A stretch of 64,000 nt of DNA from Lytechinus pictus (lineage: Eukaryota). Position 1 is the stretch's first letter, and each line of letters begins with the position of its first letter. The DNA lies in the NCBI RefSeq assembly GCF_037042905.1, contig NC_087249.1:10046001-10110000 (forward strand), written 5' to 3'. Shown here piece by piece: positions 1 through 11,300 of this stretch. The notes under the pieces were generated by a model. That model was not told the origin of the DNA. It saw nothing but the letters and a program-made list of their open reading frames with translations, and did no database searches. The position numbers and the translations under genes were made by a program.

Positions 1-299
1 CCATAACTACAGACTTAAAAATTATCGAACTTGGATCTTGGAAGAGTCTGTCTTGTAAATTATATTGAGCACACAATTATGAATGATTGGTGATGAAGGG
101 AGTAGCTGTGTTTAGTTCAATGGCTTTTATGCTGCTCCCTCACTATCACCTTGCCACTCTATACAAGTATTACTTTGCATTTTATTTTATTTGTATAATT
201 GTTTTTTGTCTGTTATTCAGAAAGCCTTTTGATTCTTAATGTACATTCAATTGCTTTTCAAGACATGTGAAATTAATGAAGTTGAAATTGTTTAATATG

Positions 300-528
300 C
301 AACAATTAAGCGCTGCATACTATTACCCTGTCTTTAGCGTGGCTACCTTGATTGGACGCTCAAGCATTCAAGGAATTTCTTCCTTCCGGGTACCCATTTA
401 TTACACGTGGGTGGAAAGTGGCAAATGTAGATAAACGCCTTGCCAAAGCCAGGACGTGGGTGGTGTGGTGAGATTCGAACCACAAACCTTGTGGATCAAA
501 GTCAGGAGACCTATCCACTGAGCCACAT
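300..528 (-). mobile_element. tRNA-derived SINE
   Basis: The reverse complement has A-box TGGCTCAGTGG, B-box GGTTCGAATC and the core 'ccacccacgtgta..aaatgggtaccc' shared with other copies in the window. Confidence 0.8.
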
Positions 529-844
529 TTGAAAGATGACTACAGTGTAACTGGTTTTGGGAACACAGTACTTTAGCATTGGCAATGGCTGCATGAATCA
601 CGTAGTGTCGTCAGTGATCATATTGCAAATGGACTTCTGGTTGACACACTATAACATGTCACATGCTAACTTGACCTAATTATTAGTCCTATTTAATACA
701 GCATTGACCTCTTTCAAGAAATATATGACTGTTTGTCAGAACGTTTTGAGTAATATTAATTCCTCTTTAGATGATTTTGTCACTCAGGACATTGACCTAT
801 GATTACTTTTTACCATCATTGTTGAATGGCAAGTCACCACTCTA

Positions 845-1130
845 CTGATGAATGTATTTAATTAGCCAAAAAATGAATAGATGGATGGATGGATAGATGG
901 ATGAAGGAATGGAGGAAATTAATTGTAATGACTGAATGAATGAAATTAATGAAAATGCATGAAATGAAATTCTGAAAAATGAATCAGAATGTGTATGATA
1001 AATGAATAAATAAACAGATGGATGGATGGATGGATGGATAGATAGATGGATATATAAATATATTCCCCATTTATTGAACCAACCAATAAACTGAAATAGA
1101 GATGTTGATTTAATGAATTGATACATGAAT
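845..1130. repeat. Degenerate (GGAT)n/(GAAT)n/(GATA)n microsatellite
   Basis: Runs of gatg, gaat and gata tetramers. Confidence 0.8.
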
Positions 1131-2196
1131 TAAACTTGATACTTGATGAGATAATTCCCCTTGCAGCTCCAAAATGCTAAACTGGAATGTGATACTTGAT
1201 TCATTATTAATGAATTAATTAATATACGAGTAGACAAATTGATTCAATATGATAAAATGAGAGTAAATCCATTGTATTGCAAATGAAGAATGAATAGAGG
1301 AAATAAAACTGAAAGAGAAATCCCAAATATTGAAAGTACATTTATTTGTAATAGTTAGTGTTAATGAAATTGAATGCAATTCACAATCAATAGAAATTTG
1401 TATTTGGTTTATATACTCTTGCACCTTGGCATAATAGTTGCATAATTTGTTATGCATTGAATAGGAGGGTATGTGAAGCAGATTTTTTTTTTCTTTGCAC
1501 ATTTTCTTAATATAACTGCAACTACATTGACATTTGAAAAAAAATTCACCAGGCTTGCAAAATTACCTTTCCAAAAAGTCAATACTCCTTTTAAACCTCT
1601 GACATTTATGATGTGGTGAACCACCTTTTGAAATAGAAAGTACAGGTACAATTTACTGTGATGACATAATAAAGATGTCATTACTGTATGTTGCTTTCTG
1701 TATTGTGTAAAATGCAGATTAAAGTATTTGAAATAGGGAAATGTGTGGTCGAGGGTTATTTTGACACCAAAATGTATAAAATGACCCAAGTAGATCACCA
1801 CTTGTTCAATGAGAAAAGTGTTGTTGTACTTGTTTTTTTTTCTTGTTGGTCGCATGCCTCTGGGCATAGTACTGAATTTTACTTTTGCGAGCCCTGGCCC
1901 ATGGAAAAACCATTTTCTTACTCTTTTCTTCTTTTCTTTCATTTCTACCTTATCTATATTTAATTATTCAATTTCAAATTGTATTTATGTAATTACATTG
2001 TACAATTTTTGTATGTTTTTTATGGCCAAATAGATAATGATAATAATAATTTTTTTAATGACAGTTATATCAAGTGAGTATTACATGTACAGTAGATCAA
2101 ATTCTGTCTGTCCTTCTTCCTTTCTCATTTCTCCACGGTTTATTTATCTGTTGGCAATCTTTAATTCTTCTCTCTCTCTCTTTGCTTGCTTTACAG

Positions 2197-2306
2197 GTAG
2201 CAACTCTTGCCAGGGATAATTCCTACGTACTTAACAAAAACTTGTACAATGAAGTCAACTTAGATTGGCCGGCATACTCAGAGGCAGACAAGCAGCTCCT
2301 TCATAG
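2197..2306 (+). CDS. ELL: ELL-family elongation factor, internal exon (end of the N-terminal ELL domain); upstream exons lie outside the window
   Basis: ttacag acceptor and gtaagg donor. Encodes VATLARDNSYVLNKNLYNEVNLDWPAYSEADKQLLH, resembling the ELL/ELL2 'Y.LK....E....WPGYSE.D...L' motif. The phase-2 end joins the next exon in frame. Confidence 0.9.
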
Positions 2307-2601
2307 GTAAGGGGAACTTTATGTATAAATTTGTTTTCAAGACATATAATTATTATTAACAATTAGTTCCTTAGAACTTAGATAGTAGGGAAAATAAATG
2401 CTGGTATATTTTTATTAGTTTTGACACTGTGGACTTTGAAAAAAAAATCTATTATTATTAATTTTCAAGAGGAGGGGGGGGGGGGTATAATACACCTGTG
2501 TAAATGTAGTTATTATAATTTTATTGAATGGTATGAACTCCAGTGGCTATCAATATAGAATTTTTTTTTTTTTTTAAATCAGATCAGTCATTTTTACAGT
2601 T

Positions 2602-2833
2602 AATGGCTCAATTTGTTGAACTCCTGGCACTCGCTTGAACAGGAGGTTGTGGGTTCAATGGTTGGCCGAGTAAAAAAAAAAAGATGTTCTATCCAAAAGA
2701 TGTTCTAGCCAGGTGCTCAGCATTTTATAAATTAAAAGAAGGGCAATGGTTACGCGGGGTCTGCTAGGAGAACAGTTCATTGGAGAGGAAGTGGATATCT
2801 TGGGTCTTAAAGGTTATTGTTATTATTATTATT
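2602..2833 (+). mobile_element. Degenerate SINE-like element
   Basis: tRNA-like head (tggctcaa...ggttgtgggttcaa) and (TTA)n tail. Confidence 0.45.
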
Positions 2834-3542
2834 AGAGATTTGGTTTATAAACAAGTCTGGATACCAGCACCCATACATACTACCCTGCTTTATTAAAGTT
2901 CCTTGTTTGTTTGTGTTCTTCTGTTTTTGGGTAAGACACAATCTGATTCTGATTAGAAGCAATCCTCCTTGATAGTCGGGTTTATGTATCAGTGACCCCT
3001 TGAAATTGGGCTAGTTCGCAAGGCTTTTCTTTATAAATTACATGTACAGGGATAAGGGGGTGGGATGGAGAGTTGGAAGGGAGATGGAAAGGGGGTGGGG
3101 TGAAGGGGTAGATAAAAATGGGAGGGCGAAGTAGGATGGGAGGGATATAAAACTTTTTTCTCAAAATAATATTGTTTTTATTTATAGCAAGGCCCTTCAA
3201 GGGCTAAATCGAGGTATTGAAGATGCTGGCATTTGCTACAAATTAAATACAGATTGTATGATTTTTTTTTTGTTCAATTGAGGTTGTGGTTAAAAATAAC
3301 AATTGAATTGAATTGAAAAATAGCTACATGAAAAACACACCTTCGCATTTATCATAAACAATGATGTATGGAGTATGATCACATGCAGTGTGTAACAATC
3401 TATTTATCTCTGCTGTAATCAGGAATAAATATTGTATATCTAGAATGAAATTAATTGAACTCATACCCAAAAAAAATCTTGAAGAAAATTAATATTATGA
3501 AGTCCTTAATGGTCTATGGTTTTACTTTTTAAATTTGAGCAG

Positions 3543-3717
3543 GAAGAAAGCCGAGTGCGGGATAAAGGACTCTCCATCGCCCCAATCACAGCCCTCCCCT
3601 CACCATACATCGACCAACTCCGGTCCAACTGCTACGGGTAGCCCAAGTACTCAAGCCACCTCCAAGCCTATCCCAAGCCATCGGAAGAAACCAGACACTG
3701 GCACCAAGTCCTCTACT
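3543..3717 (+). CDS. ELL: ELL exon, Ser/Pro/Thr-rich linker
   Basis: gcag acceptor and gtaagt donor. Phase-compatible with both neighbours (2 in, 0 out). Encodes RKKAECGIKDSPSP...TKSST. Confidence 0.85.
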
Positions 3718-4111
3718 GTAAGTCATGCTCTCACAAAGAAATTGAATATGATTTGAATTGTTATCAGGCTTGGGGAAACAAACAATTTGGGGATGTCTAA
3801 TTCCTTGAATTGAGTGAACAGCTGTACAAAACAAGCAAATGTGTACATAAAGTTTTAAATTCAAACAACGGGTTCACATTTCAAACATATGAAAATTGTT
3901 GGAAGAGATGGAGAAGTACAGCAGAATACAGCAGCAATAACTAAAATCTTATCGTGATTTCCTTCAAGAGTTTATGATCTGTTTTAAAAATGATTTTTTT
4001 TTTTTAAATCTTTGGTTAAACCTTGGTCCGGTCTGATTCGATGAAACTGTATTAGCTTGCAGGCATATTTGGCAAGAACACATGGCTAATTTAGTTAATA
4101 AAGACCCATTT

Positions 4112-4397
4112 GTGGGGGCGTCGTGGTCTAGTGGTTATGACTCTCATCTTACAATCTGATGGATGTGGGTACGATTCCCAGCCATGGCTTGTTTTCCTTC
4201 AAGAAATTTACCCACATTCTGCTGCACTCAACCCAGGTGAAGTGACTGGGTACCCGGTAGGAAGAAATTCTTTGAAAGCTTCAGCGCCTAATCGCCTATA
4301 TGGCAGCACAGCTTAAGTCGGGGTAATAATAGCAGTGCTTTGTATCCTCAGGCAAAAAGCGCTCTATGAATATCCAGCTAATATTATAATAATAATC
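4112..4397 (+). mobile_element. tRNA-derived SINE, near full length
   Basis: A-box TGGTCTAGTGG, degenerate B-box, core 'gcactcaacccaggtg...gggtacc' and (TAA)n tail. Homologous to 18530-18807 and 36851-37140. Confidence 0.88.
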
Positions 4398-4458
4398 ATT
4401 TAAGTCTCATGGTTCATGAATTGAAATTTAGGGATTGATGATTCCTTGCTGTTTACAG

Positions 4459-5018
4459 AAACGGCCACTCTTGCCAGAAGTCAAAGACTACAAGACAAAG
4501 AAGCCTCGTATTGCCCACGGTTCTGCATCAATGGGAGCAGGGCCTAAATCTGTAGACCAGCAGCCCCAACTGAGCCCTAGCAGCGCCCTAAGCATCACCA
4601 AGAAGGTCCCTAGCCCGATAGGCCTCTTCAAGAAAGTGCCTAGCCCTTCCTCGACCACCAACGCCCCTCCTTCCACCACGACCACCATCAGCAACTCACC
4701 TTCCAGCAACCATGCGCAACAAAGTGCCTTGTCGTCACCGTCGGTCAGCACCACCCGCAATTCTCCGGATTGCTGCGACTCGACAGGCAATGGCACCAAC
4801 TCCAGCATCGCCGCCGCTCCTGCAGTGGTGACTTGCGGAATCACCAAGTCTTCAAGCAGCAGTAGTAGCCGGGATCATAGTCGTGCTTCGGGGCGGAGTG
4901 AGAAGAGTTCAAAGACACCGTCAATCTCCAAGTCTGTCAAAGAGGAGAAGAGGCCGGTTGGCAAGGAGTCCCCCTCTGGAGATGTTTCTTCCACTTCCGT
5001 TGTTCCAGAATACCAGAT
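4459..5018 (+). CDS. ELL: ELL exon, basic patch and low-complexity central region
   Basis: ttacag acceptor and gtaaga donor. KRPLLPEVKDYKTKKPRIAH resembles the ELL 'KR......KK.RISH' motif, and the exon ends VPEYQ at the start of the occludin domain. Confidence 0.9.
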
Positions 5019-5623
5019 GTAAGAAATGATAATGCTCATTATTTCATTTTTGGGTACTTGTTTAACACCAGCTGTGAAATCTTGATAAGGCAATATGTTT
5101 TTCCCATCAACAAGTATCTAACAATGTTCACATGCCATTTTTTGCCACATGGTTTATACGAAAAAGGGGGAAACAGTTGTTTACTTTTGAAACTGTTATG
5201 ACTCATTTTTGTGGATCCTTGTCCTTGGGATGGAGGAAATCTTGGTTTCATAGCCTGATGTACAGTCTAAAAAAAATAATAGCTTCAACACCCATTCTTT
5301 AGTAGTATCATGGGGCATGTCAACTTGATCATATTTTCTTTTCATTTAAGTTTGAAAGTCACAATATTGCAGTATTATAGTCACATTGTGCATGCCTAAG
5401 AAATATTTTCTCTTATGGTTCATATTTTTCTTATATTTCAAGATTTATCACTCTTGATTGACTGGTTGAATCATTTATAATAATGTTCCCAAGGTCAAGG
5501 AAGTATTCCAATTCACCCATAATGCTATTATAAGTGATGGTAATGTAGTTAGAGCTGAAGACAATGTTTAGGAATTCATCTGATGAAAAAATATTATTGT
5601 GCTATGCTTCTTCTGCCTGGCAG

Positions 5624-5840
5624 GAAGTACACGACAATCACAACGGTTGAGCAGCGCAACAGGTATAAGGAAGACTTCAACAGACTTTATCCCGAGTACC
5701 GAGAGTTCCACAAGTCGATTGAACGCATCAAGCAGCAGTTCAAGGACCTGAAAGATGTGCTGAATGAGACCAAGAAAGGCAGCAAGGAATACGATTCTCT
5801 CCAAGATAAAGTGATAGAGGAATACAACAAGATCACTCAG
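5624..5840 (+). CDS. ELL: ELL exon, occludin/ELL C-terminal domain, part 1
   Basis: gcag acceptor and gtaagt donor. KYTTITTVEQRNRYKEDFNRLYPEYREFH...GSKEY...VIEEYNKI is the occludin_ELL pattern. Confidence 0.95.
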
Positions 5841-5843
5841 GTA

Positions 5844-6128
5844 AGTCTCCAGACACTGAACCGCAAGGTCCAGGGTTCTGATGCCACCGTGGCACTCACA
5901 TCCTTTAGCAAGACATTTATCCACATTTGCCACTCTCCACCTAGGTGTAGCACTTGCATCTATAAGCAAGATGTTTATCTGCATTTGCCACTCTCCACCC
6001 AGGTGTAGTAAATGGGTACCGGGTAGGAAGGATTTCCTTGAATGCTGGAGCGCCTGATCAGGTAGCTGTACCTAAATGGGGCAATAATGTGCAGTGCTTT
6101 AGAAACAATTAAGCGCTATATATATGCT
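5844..6128 (+). mobile_element. tRNA-derived SINE, 5'-clipped, with an internal ~57 bp duplication
   Basis: Homologous to the 300-528 copy. 'agcaaga..tttatc..catttgccactctccacc.aggtgtag' occurs twice. Confidence 0.8.
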
Positions 6129-6358
6129 GAACACTGCTAGTAGTTGCCGATAAGAAGTTGCTTGGTTTTTTGCTTCCTCTTTTTAATTTTTTAGGTCTTT
6201 GAAGAGACAGACAATTCTTTAAAGATCACAAACCCATTGCCTACTTGAACTAGATGGCCTTTGGGAATTACTTCAGCTCAGGACTATAAATCATCTGAAG
6301 TACTCTCATAAACATATGCGCAGAAATTTAAAAACAAGACACACATGTCCTCGCAGGT

Positions 6359-6570
6359 GGGGGTGTTTCACAAAGACTTCAGCGCAACTTAGAGTCATAC
6401 TTAACGCTATCAATATGCACATGATAATTATCATATAACCTCGTGGTAGCGTGTATTCTCTGAACATGATTTGAGCAATGACCAATGCAGTGATATGTTA
6501 TAAACCGCATACAATTGATAATTTAAGTATAATTTTTAGTCACACCTTACTATTATGTGAAACACCTCCC
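6359..6570. mobile_element. MITE (GGG-ended, Harbinger-like)
   Basis: Terminal inverted repeats (TIRs) gggggtgtttcaca / tgtgaaacacctccc. Confidence 0.6.
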
Positions 6571-6725
6571 TTGGAATCAAAGTCATGATTCCATAACAAG
6601 TCTTTTGATAGTAGCTTCATTTACGTCCATATATTTTAGTCTAACACACACTCTTTCTCTTCCCCTCTCTCCCCCTCTCCCCCCTCCCTCTCTCTCTCTC
6701 TCTCTTGATTCCATCACATTTGTAG

Positions 6726-6881
6726 GATGAGGGCTATGGGAAAAAGGAAAAACGTTGGCGGGAGCTCCATGATCTTTTAGGTCACATCAAAACGCTGATC
6801 ATGGCTTACGACACCAGCCCCATGCAGACGGACAACTCCTGCGGAATGAACGACCTTCAGAACATGGCTTTTCCAGAATGA
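6726..6881 (+). CDS. ELL: ELL terminal coding exon, occludin/ELL domain, part 2 (too short for the ORF track)
   Basis: (CT)n tract then tgtag acceptor. Encodes DEGYGKKEKRWRELHDLLGHIKTLIMAYD...FPE* (TGA 6879-6881), matching ELL 'RCEYLHSKLAHIKRLIAEYD'. The five exons total 1218 nt = 406 codons. Confidence 0.93.
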   Translation, partial: DEGYGKKEKRWRELHDLLGHIKTLIMAYDTSPMQTDNSCGMNDLQNMAFPE

Positions 6882-7190
6882 TGCCTTTCATTTGTGGTAA
6901 TAAATAGGAAGGAATAATCAACTGCAGTAGACTTGTTAGAATTTTAAACAGTAAAAGTGAATGTATGAACAAATCCTAGCCAACCTGCTCTGCATGAGAA
7001 CAAATTGGTCCTTCAATCTCTGAATTGGTTTTGACAAGCAACAAGATTTCATTTTGACTTGTGAGGGCAGTTTGATTTGATCGATGATCTGCAACAAACC
7101 TGTCAAGACGTTTGTATGTTCCAGGGTATCTTGTGAAACCCGTTCCGAGCCAATCTGGCATGATCCTATATTCCATGACTTGATGCCATT

Positions 7191-7335
7191 CTGGGTCCTG
7201 TTTTACAAAACTTGTCATCGGAGTTCAGTAACGAGCCATTGTTAACCTAGCTTCTGAAATGATGGCATTTGATTGGCTGAGAGCCAGTTTGCGATGCTTG
7301 TTATCAATAACAAGTGTTGTGAAACACAGGCCCAG
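7191..7335. mobile_element. Short MITE
   Basis: Imperfect TIR ctgggtcctgttttacaaaacttgt / acaagtgttgtgaaacacaggcccag. Confidence 0.55.
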
Positions 7336-7670
7336 AGTTGATTCATTAAACACTAAAATTAATTTGAAGACATTCAAAAAATAAAATTAATTTTGTTTTG
7401 ACATTTCATCAGTCTAGAATGATTGGTCTTAGAATTGATGTTACCTATTAATGAATCACATCCTGGTTTTCCTACTAAAAGGAAGCAGACCTTGATAGCT
7501 TTTAATGATAATCAATTTGTATTTTTTTGCAGAGCAGGTCTGGAATATGAAGGCAAAAATGGGAGATCATATTAGTCCATTGTCACAATTTTTTTCTGTC
7601 ACCTTCAATTCATTCAATTGGTCTTCTTTTTTTTTAACCATAGAGGCTGGTCTTGGCTGATTAATTATCA

Positions 7671-8349
7671 AGGGGTGGTTTCGCAAAGAGTAAAATCTAG
7701 ATTACAGTTAAATTGTATCTCCAAGTATTGTGTGGTAGATAATGCAGTAATGTATTGTTCAGATATGCAGAGGGCCCTTGTTCTGTTAAATTATCAATAA
7801 GATTACATGTTGAATAACTATCATATAATGCCTACTAAGCTTGTTGTATGCAAGCTAATGGGAAGCCGAAAGTCTAACCTTCATAACCGTTGCACATGTA
7901 CCTTCCAAAATGTACCGTTGCACGGCTAAGGAGGCGACTTTACAATACAGTGCAATTCAAATAAATGCAGGTGCAGTTCGCATTTTGCCTACTGGCTAAA
8001 TGCGCTCTGTTGCTGCTGATGCGTGCTTGATGCTTACAGTAAAACTGTCCTCATTTTCATTATTGTAGGAAAAAAAATTATTCTTAATTTCGCTAACTTC
8101 CAAGGCATTGTACTAACACAAATAGCAAATATTCCTATTCCTGCAATGGTACGACATTTCGCATTCTGTGATAGCGAGACACACCCTTTTCAACTCGGCT
8201 ATGCCTCAACGAAAAGAGCATCTTTCTTTTGTGTCATGCAAAATCTTGTACCATCAGACTTATGCCTCTTCCCTATTTGATTACATACGTACATTTTAGT
8301 GCTCGGAATCACTTTAAGCCACAATTCATTCTTTGTGAAATCATCCCCT
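7671..8349. mobile_element. MITE (same type as 6359-6570), probably with a nested insertion at ~7855-8280
   Basis: Imperfect TIR aggggtggtttcgcaaaga / tctttgtgaaatcatcccct. Confidence 0.5.
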
Positions 8350-11300
8350 GATTATAAAGTGATAATTGCAGTGACAAAGAATTCTCTTGAAGCAATGGTA
8401 CATTGAATTAATGTTGCCATGATTATTACCATGTCAGTGCCATTTGAGCCAAGGAAATCAATTTCCCAAATCCCATTTTTGCCTGCAAAATTATGAAATA
8501 CAAACAAAGTGATACGATTTACTGCTATATAAGCCTTATTTATGTGTACAGAGAAAGAGAGTAAATTATGAAGAAAAAAATACCAAGTGTTTATTGATAT
8601 ATATAACAGATAACGGTCATCATTGTTTACTGTGTATTGAATTGGCTGCCCCTTTGTATCTCAGAATCTTTCAAGCTGTTCATTTTTATATCCAATATGT
8701 GTAGAAAAAAAAAGGGATGGCATTTGATCTTGTTTATGCTTTGAGCGAATTCAAGACATTGATGGAATATAGGTTAATGTAATTTCCTTGGGCTTTTGAG
8801 GGTATTTGTGGCAAAATGGAATTGTTTAACCCCATTGCTGGAGTGGTGTGGCAAAATATATTGTTCCCAAGAATCAAGATTGAAAACTTGTTTGTAATTC
8901 AATGCTGTATTTGTGTAGTCAGTAGAAAGTTATCGTAGGCCAAGAGCTAGAAAGACATTATCATGTATATCATTTTGTAAAACAGGGTTGTCACACCCTT
9001 CTGGCATTTAAGAATATAATTCAATTACAATCAACCTGATACATGTACCGGTAGTATGATAAGTACGTTGCATTTTGATTAGGTTGCCACAGCTATTCTC
9101 AAGCTTGTCTTAAAGGATGGAATTCTTTCAGCAGTTACATTCATATTGCCAGGGGATGGATTCTTTTCTTTGAATAATGTCATGTTATTTGACCCTGTTT
9201 TGGAAGTTTGGAATATGTGAAACCCTCAGGGTCTCTTTTATTTAATGAGAAATTGAGCTCGTGCCATCGTTTGTTTGGGAGACTCAATCCAGCAGTATTA
9301 TTTCATTGAACAGCTTGGAGGATTGTGAAAAGAGAGAAAAATAAAACCCTTGCCTGTCAGATACTTAACGCCCTCCATGAATAGTGACCCTCTTGTACCC
9401 CTCGGGGAGTGAGTGGAAGAATCCTAATATGTATACATGCATTGATATTCCACAAGGCATATTAGGAATGTTCCACTCCAGGTCAGGGGGTTGACTGAAC
9501 AAATTATTTAGGAGGGATGATGTTGTGATATACCGCTGTACAAGTAATATAGAGGCATATAATGAACTTCCATTCAATTCTTTGTGAGGAATTTAATTAT
9601 TCCCGAACAAACTTCAAATTCGGAATGATTTCAATGAAGTTATCTAAACTGCTTTTGTTTTTAAATTAAAAAAAAGATATCATTAGATTTTCTTGATAAT
9701 GATAATTTTTAATGACCTCCCATCTTACCCTACCAGTGACCCCTTCATAAGTCCATTCATAGACAGCATGCTGTTGACATTCCTTACATTCCAGAGCACC
9801 GTGTCCATTACCCTTAGGAGAGTGTACATTGCCAGACTACACAAATGTTCTTGTCTGGTAGTCTTAGACAATCAGCCCTTGTACTGTACCTGACATGCCT
9901 TCTTATGGGAGAAGACAGTTTAATAGTCTATCGGCATGAAAGTTGAGGAAGGAAAAGAGATGCCGATATTGGATCTGTCTAAAGAACTAGTTGCGTGATT
10001 CGCCGACTGACTGATCACGGTGTCCTTATTTGTTTTAGTGTAAGCCAAGTGCCAGACTGTTGAAACGCTGTGACAATCGCTTGGCATGTGTAACTCGATT
10101 CATGATGGTAGTATATGGTAGAGCAGACATTTCTGGGTATCACTGACTTTTAAGGTCTGGTGATGGAGACTACATTTACTGACATCGTTTTCCAAGTGGT
10201 CATAGAGTATGCTGAATCACAGGGAAGCGTTGCCTTACTTTTCTCTTTTCCTGTCCTCTTTGCCCTTCCCCGTCCTCCTCCCAATCAGCGGTTCACATCG
10301 TTGTTGATGTTCGGTTATAGACCTCGATAAGCCCTTGTTATGGTAATAGCTCTGCATTCCGGCGATGGGGTATCCCCTACCGGTTAAAGTGGAACAGCTG
10401 ATTGGATCCGAGAGGTTGATATCGGAATGAAAGCCCGGGGTGGGCCAGCGGGCTGATTGATCGTCTCAGTTTAGTCTTGTGCTGCCACGTGACACGTCAC
10501 GCTTTTTTGTCCTTCACCCCCAAGCACCTATCAACTTTCTCCCTCTCCTTGTCTCTCTTCTCTCTGTCTACCTATTCTTCTTTCAGCTCTAGCTGTATGT
10601 GTAGCCGTACATTCCAGTGAGTAAATAGTGCATGTTAAATTAGTCATCATTATATTAACCCCCCCCCCCCCAGCAAAACTACCAAAACATATGTTAAGAA
10701 TAATGTACGCGTTGCTTGATATTCAGGTGTCTTCCCCTTGTTTGGTTCCCGACATGTCATGTACGAGTATACATGTACTTACGAAGATGCATGATCCTTA
10801 CAAATACTTGCCCCCTTTCAGTATAGTTCACACCCCTGAATTCTTTTCTCCATTAGATGTCTTCACGCCTATGCCCCTCCCCTTTTGTGTTGCTCCTCCC
10901 CCCTTCAAGGTCTTCTTTGTGTTTAGGGAATTTCCCCTTTGCCTGTTTGAAGGTTAATTAGGTCAGTGGAAGGTTTAACTGGATGTTTGTGCGTCATTAG
11001 AATTGGCCATGGTGATGGGCAGTGAAATAGGACGTACTTATGCAGCCTTCCACGTCCTCTTGATATGATGAAATACACAAATCTTGTAGAGATGATACTG
11101 TGAAGTGGCATACTGTTGCTTTGAAAAAATATCTTCTTTCATCCCCCCCCCTGCGTATTGTCTTGGTTGCTTCTTGTAGACGTGAATGGTTCGTCTGAGT
11201 ATGGACTTGCTCCTCTAAACGATGTCATCCTTATATTTTCCAAGCTTTTCCTCGTTCCCACAAAGTCAGTATTGGCAGCAATCCTCTTGTCACTAATTTG

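Noticed and set aside
1409..2033. Overlapping ORFs of 177, 91 and 74 aa
   Set aside because: AT-rich intronic sequence with no recognisable domain or consistent splice signals.
4488..5984. Minus-strand ORFs 4488-4847, 4875-5093 and 5568-5984
   Set aside because: Antisense shadows of ELL exons.
10281..10405. CCAAT-box promoter
   Set aside because: The CCAAT and ATTGG sites lie in a 9-bp-plus complementary pair, which is better explained as an RNA stem, though a DNA role is not excluded.
9929..10508. Telomerase RNA or RNase MRP/P identity for the structured block
   Set aside because: No CTAACCCT template seen on either strand; only a partial GAAAG-CCC resemblance without the matching 3' conserved region.
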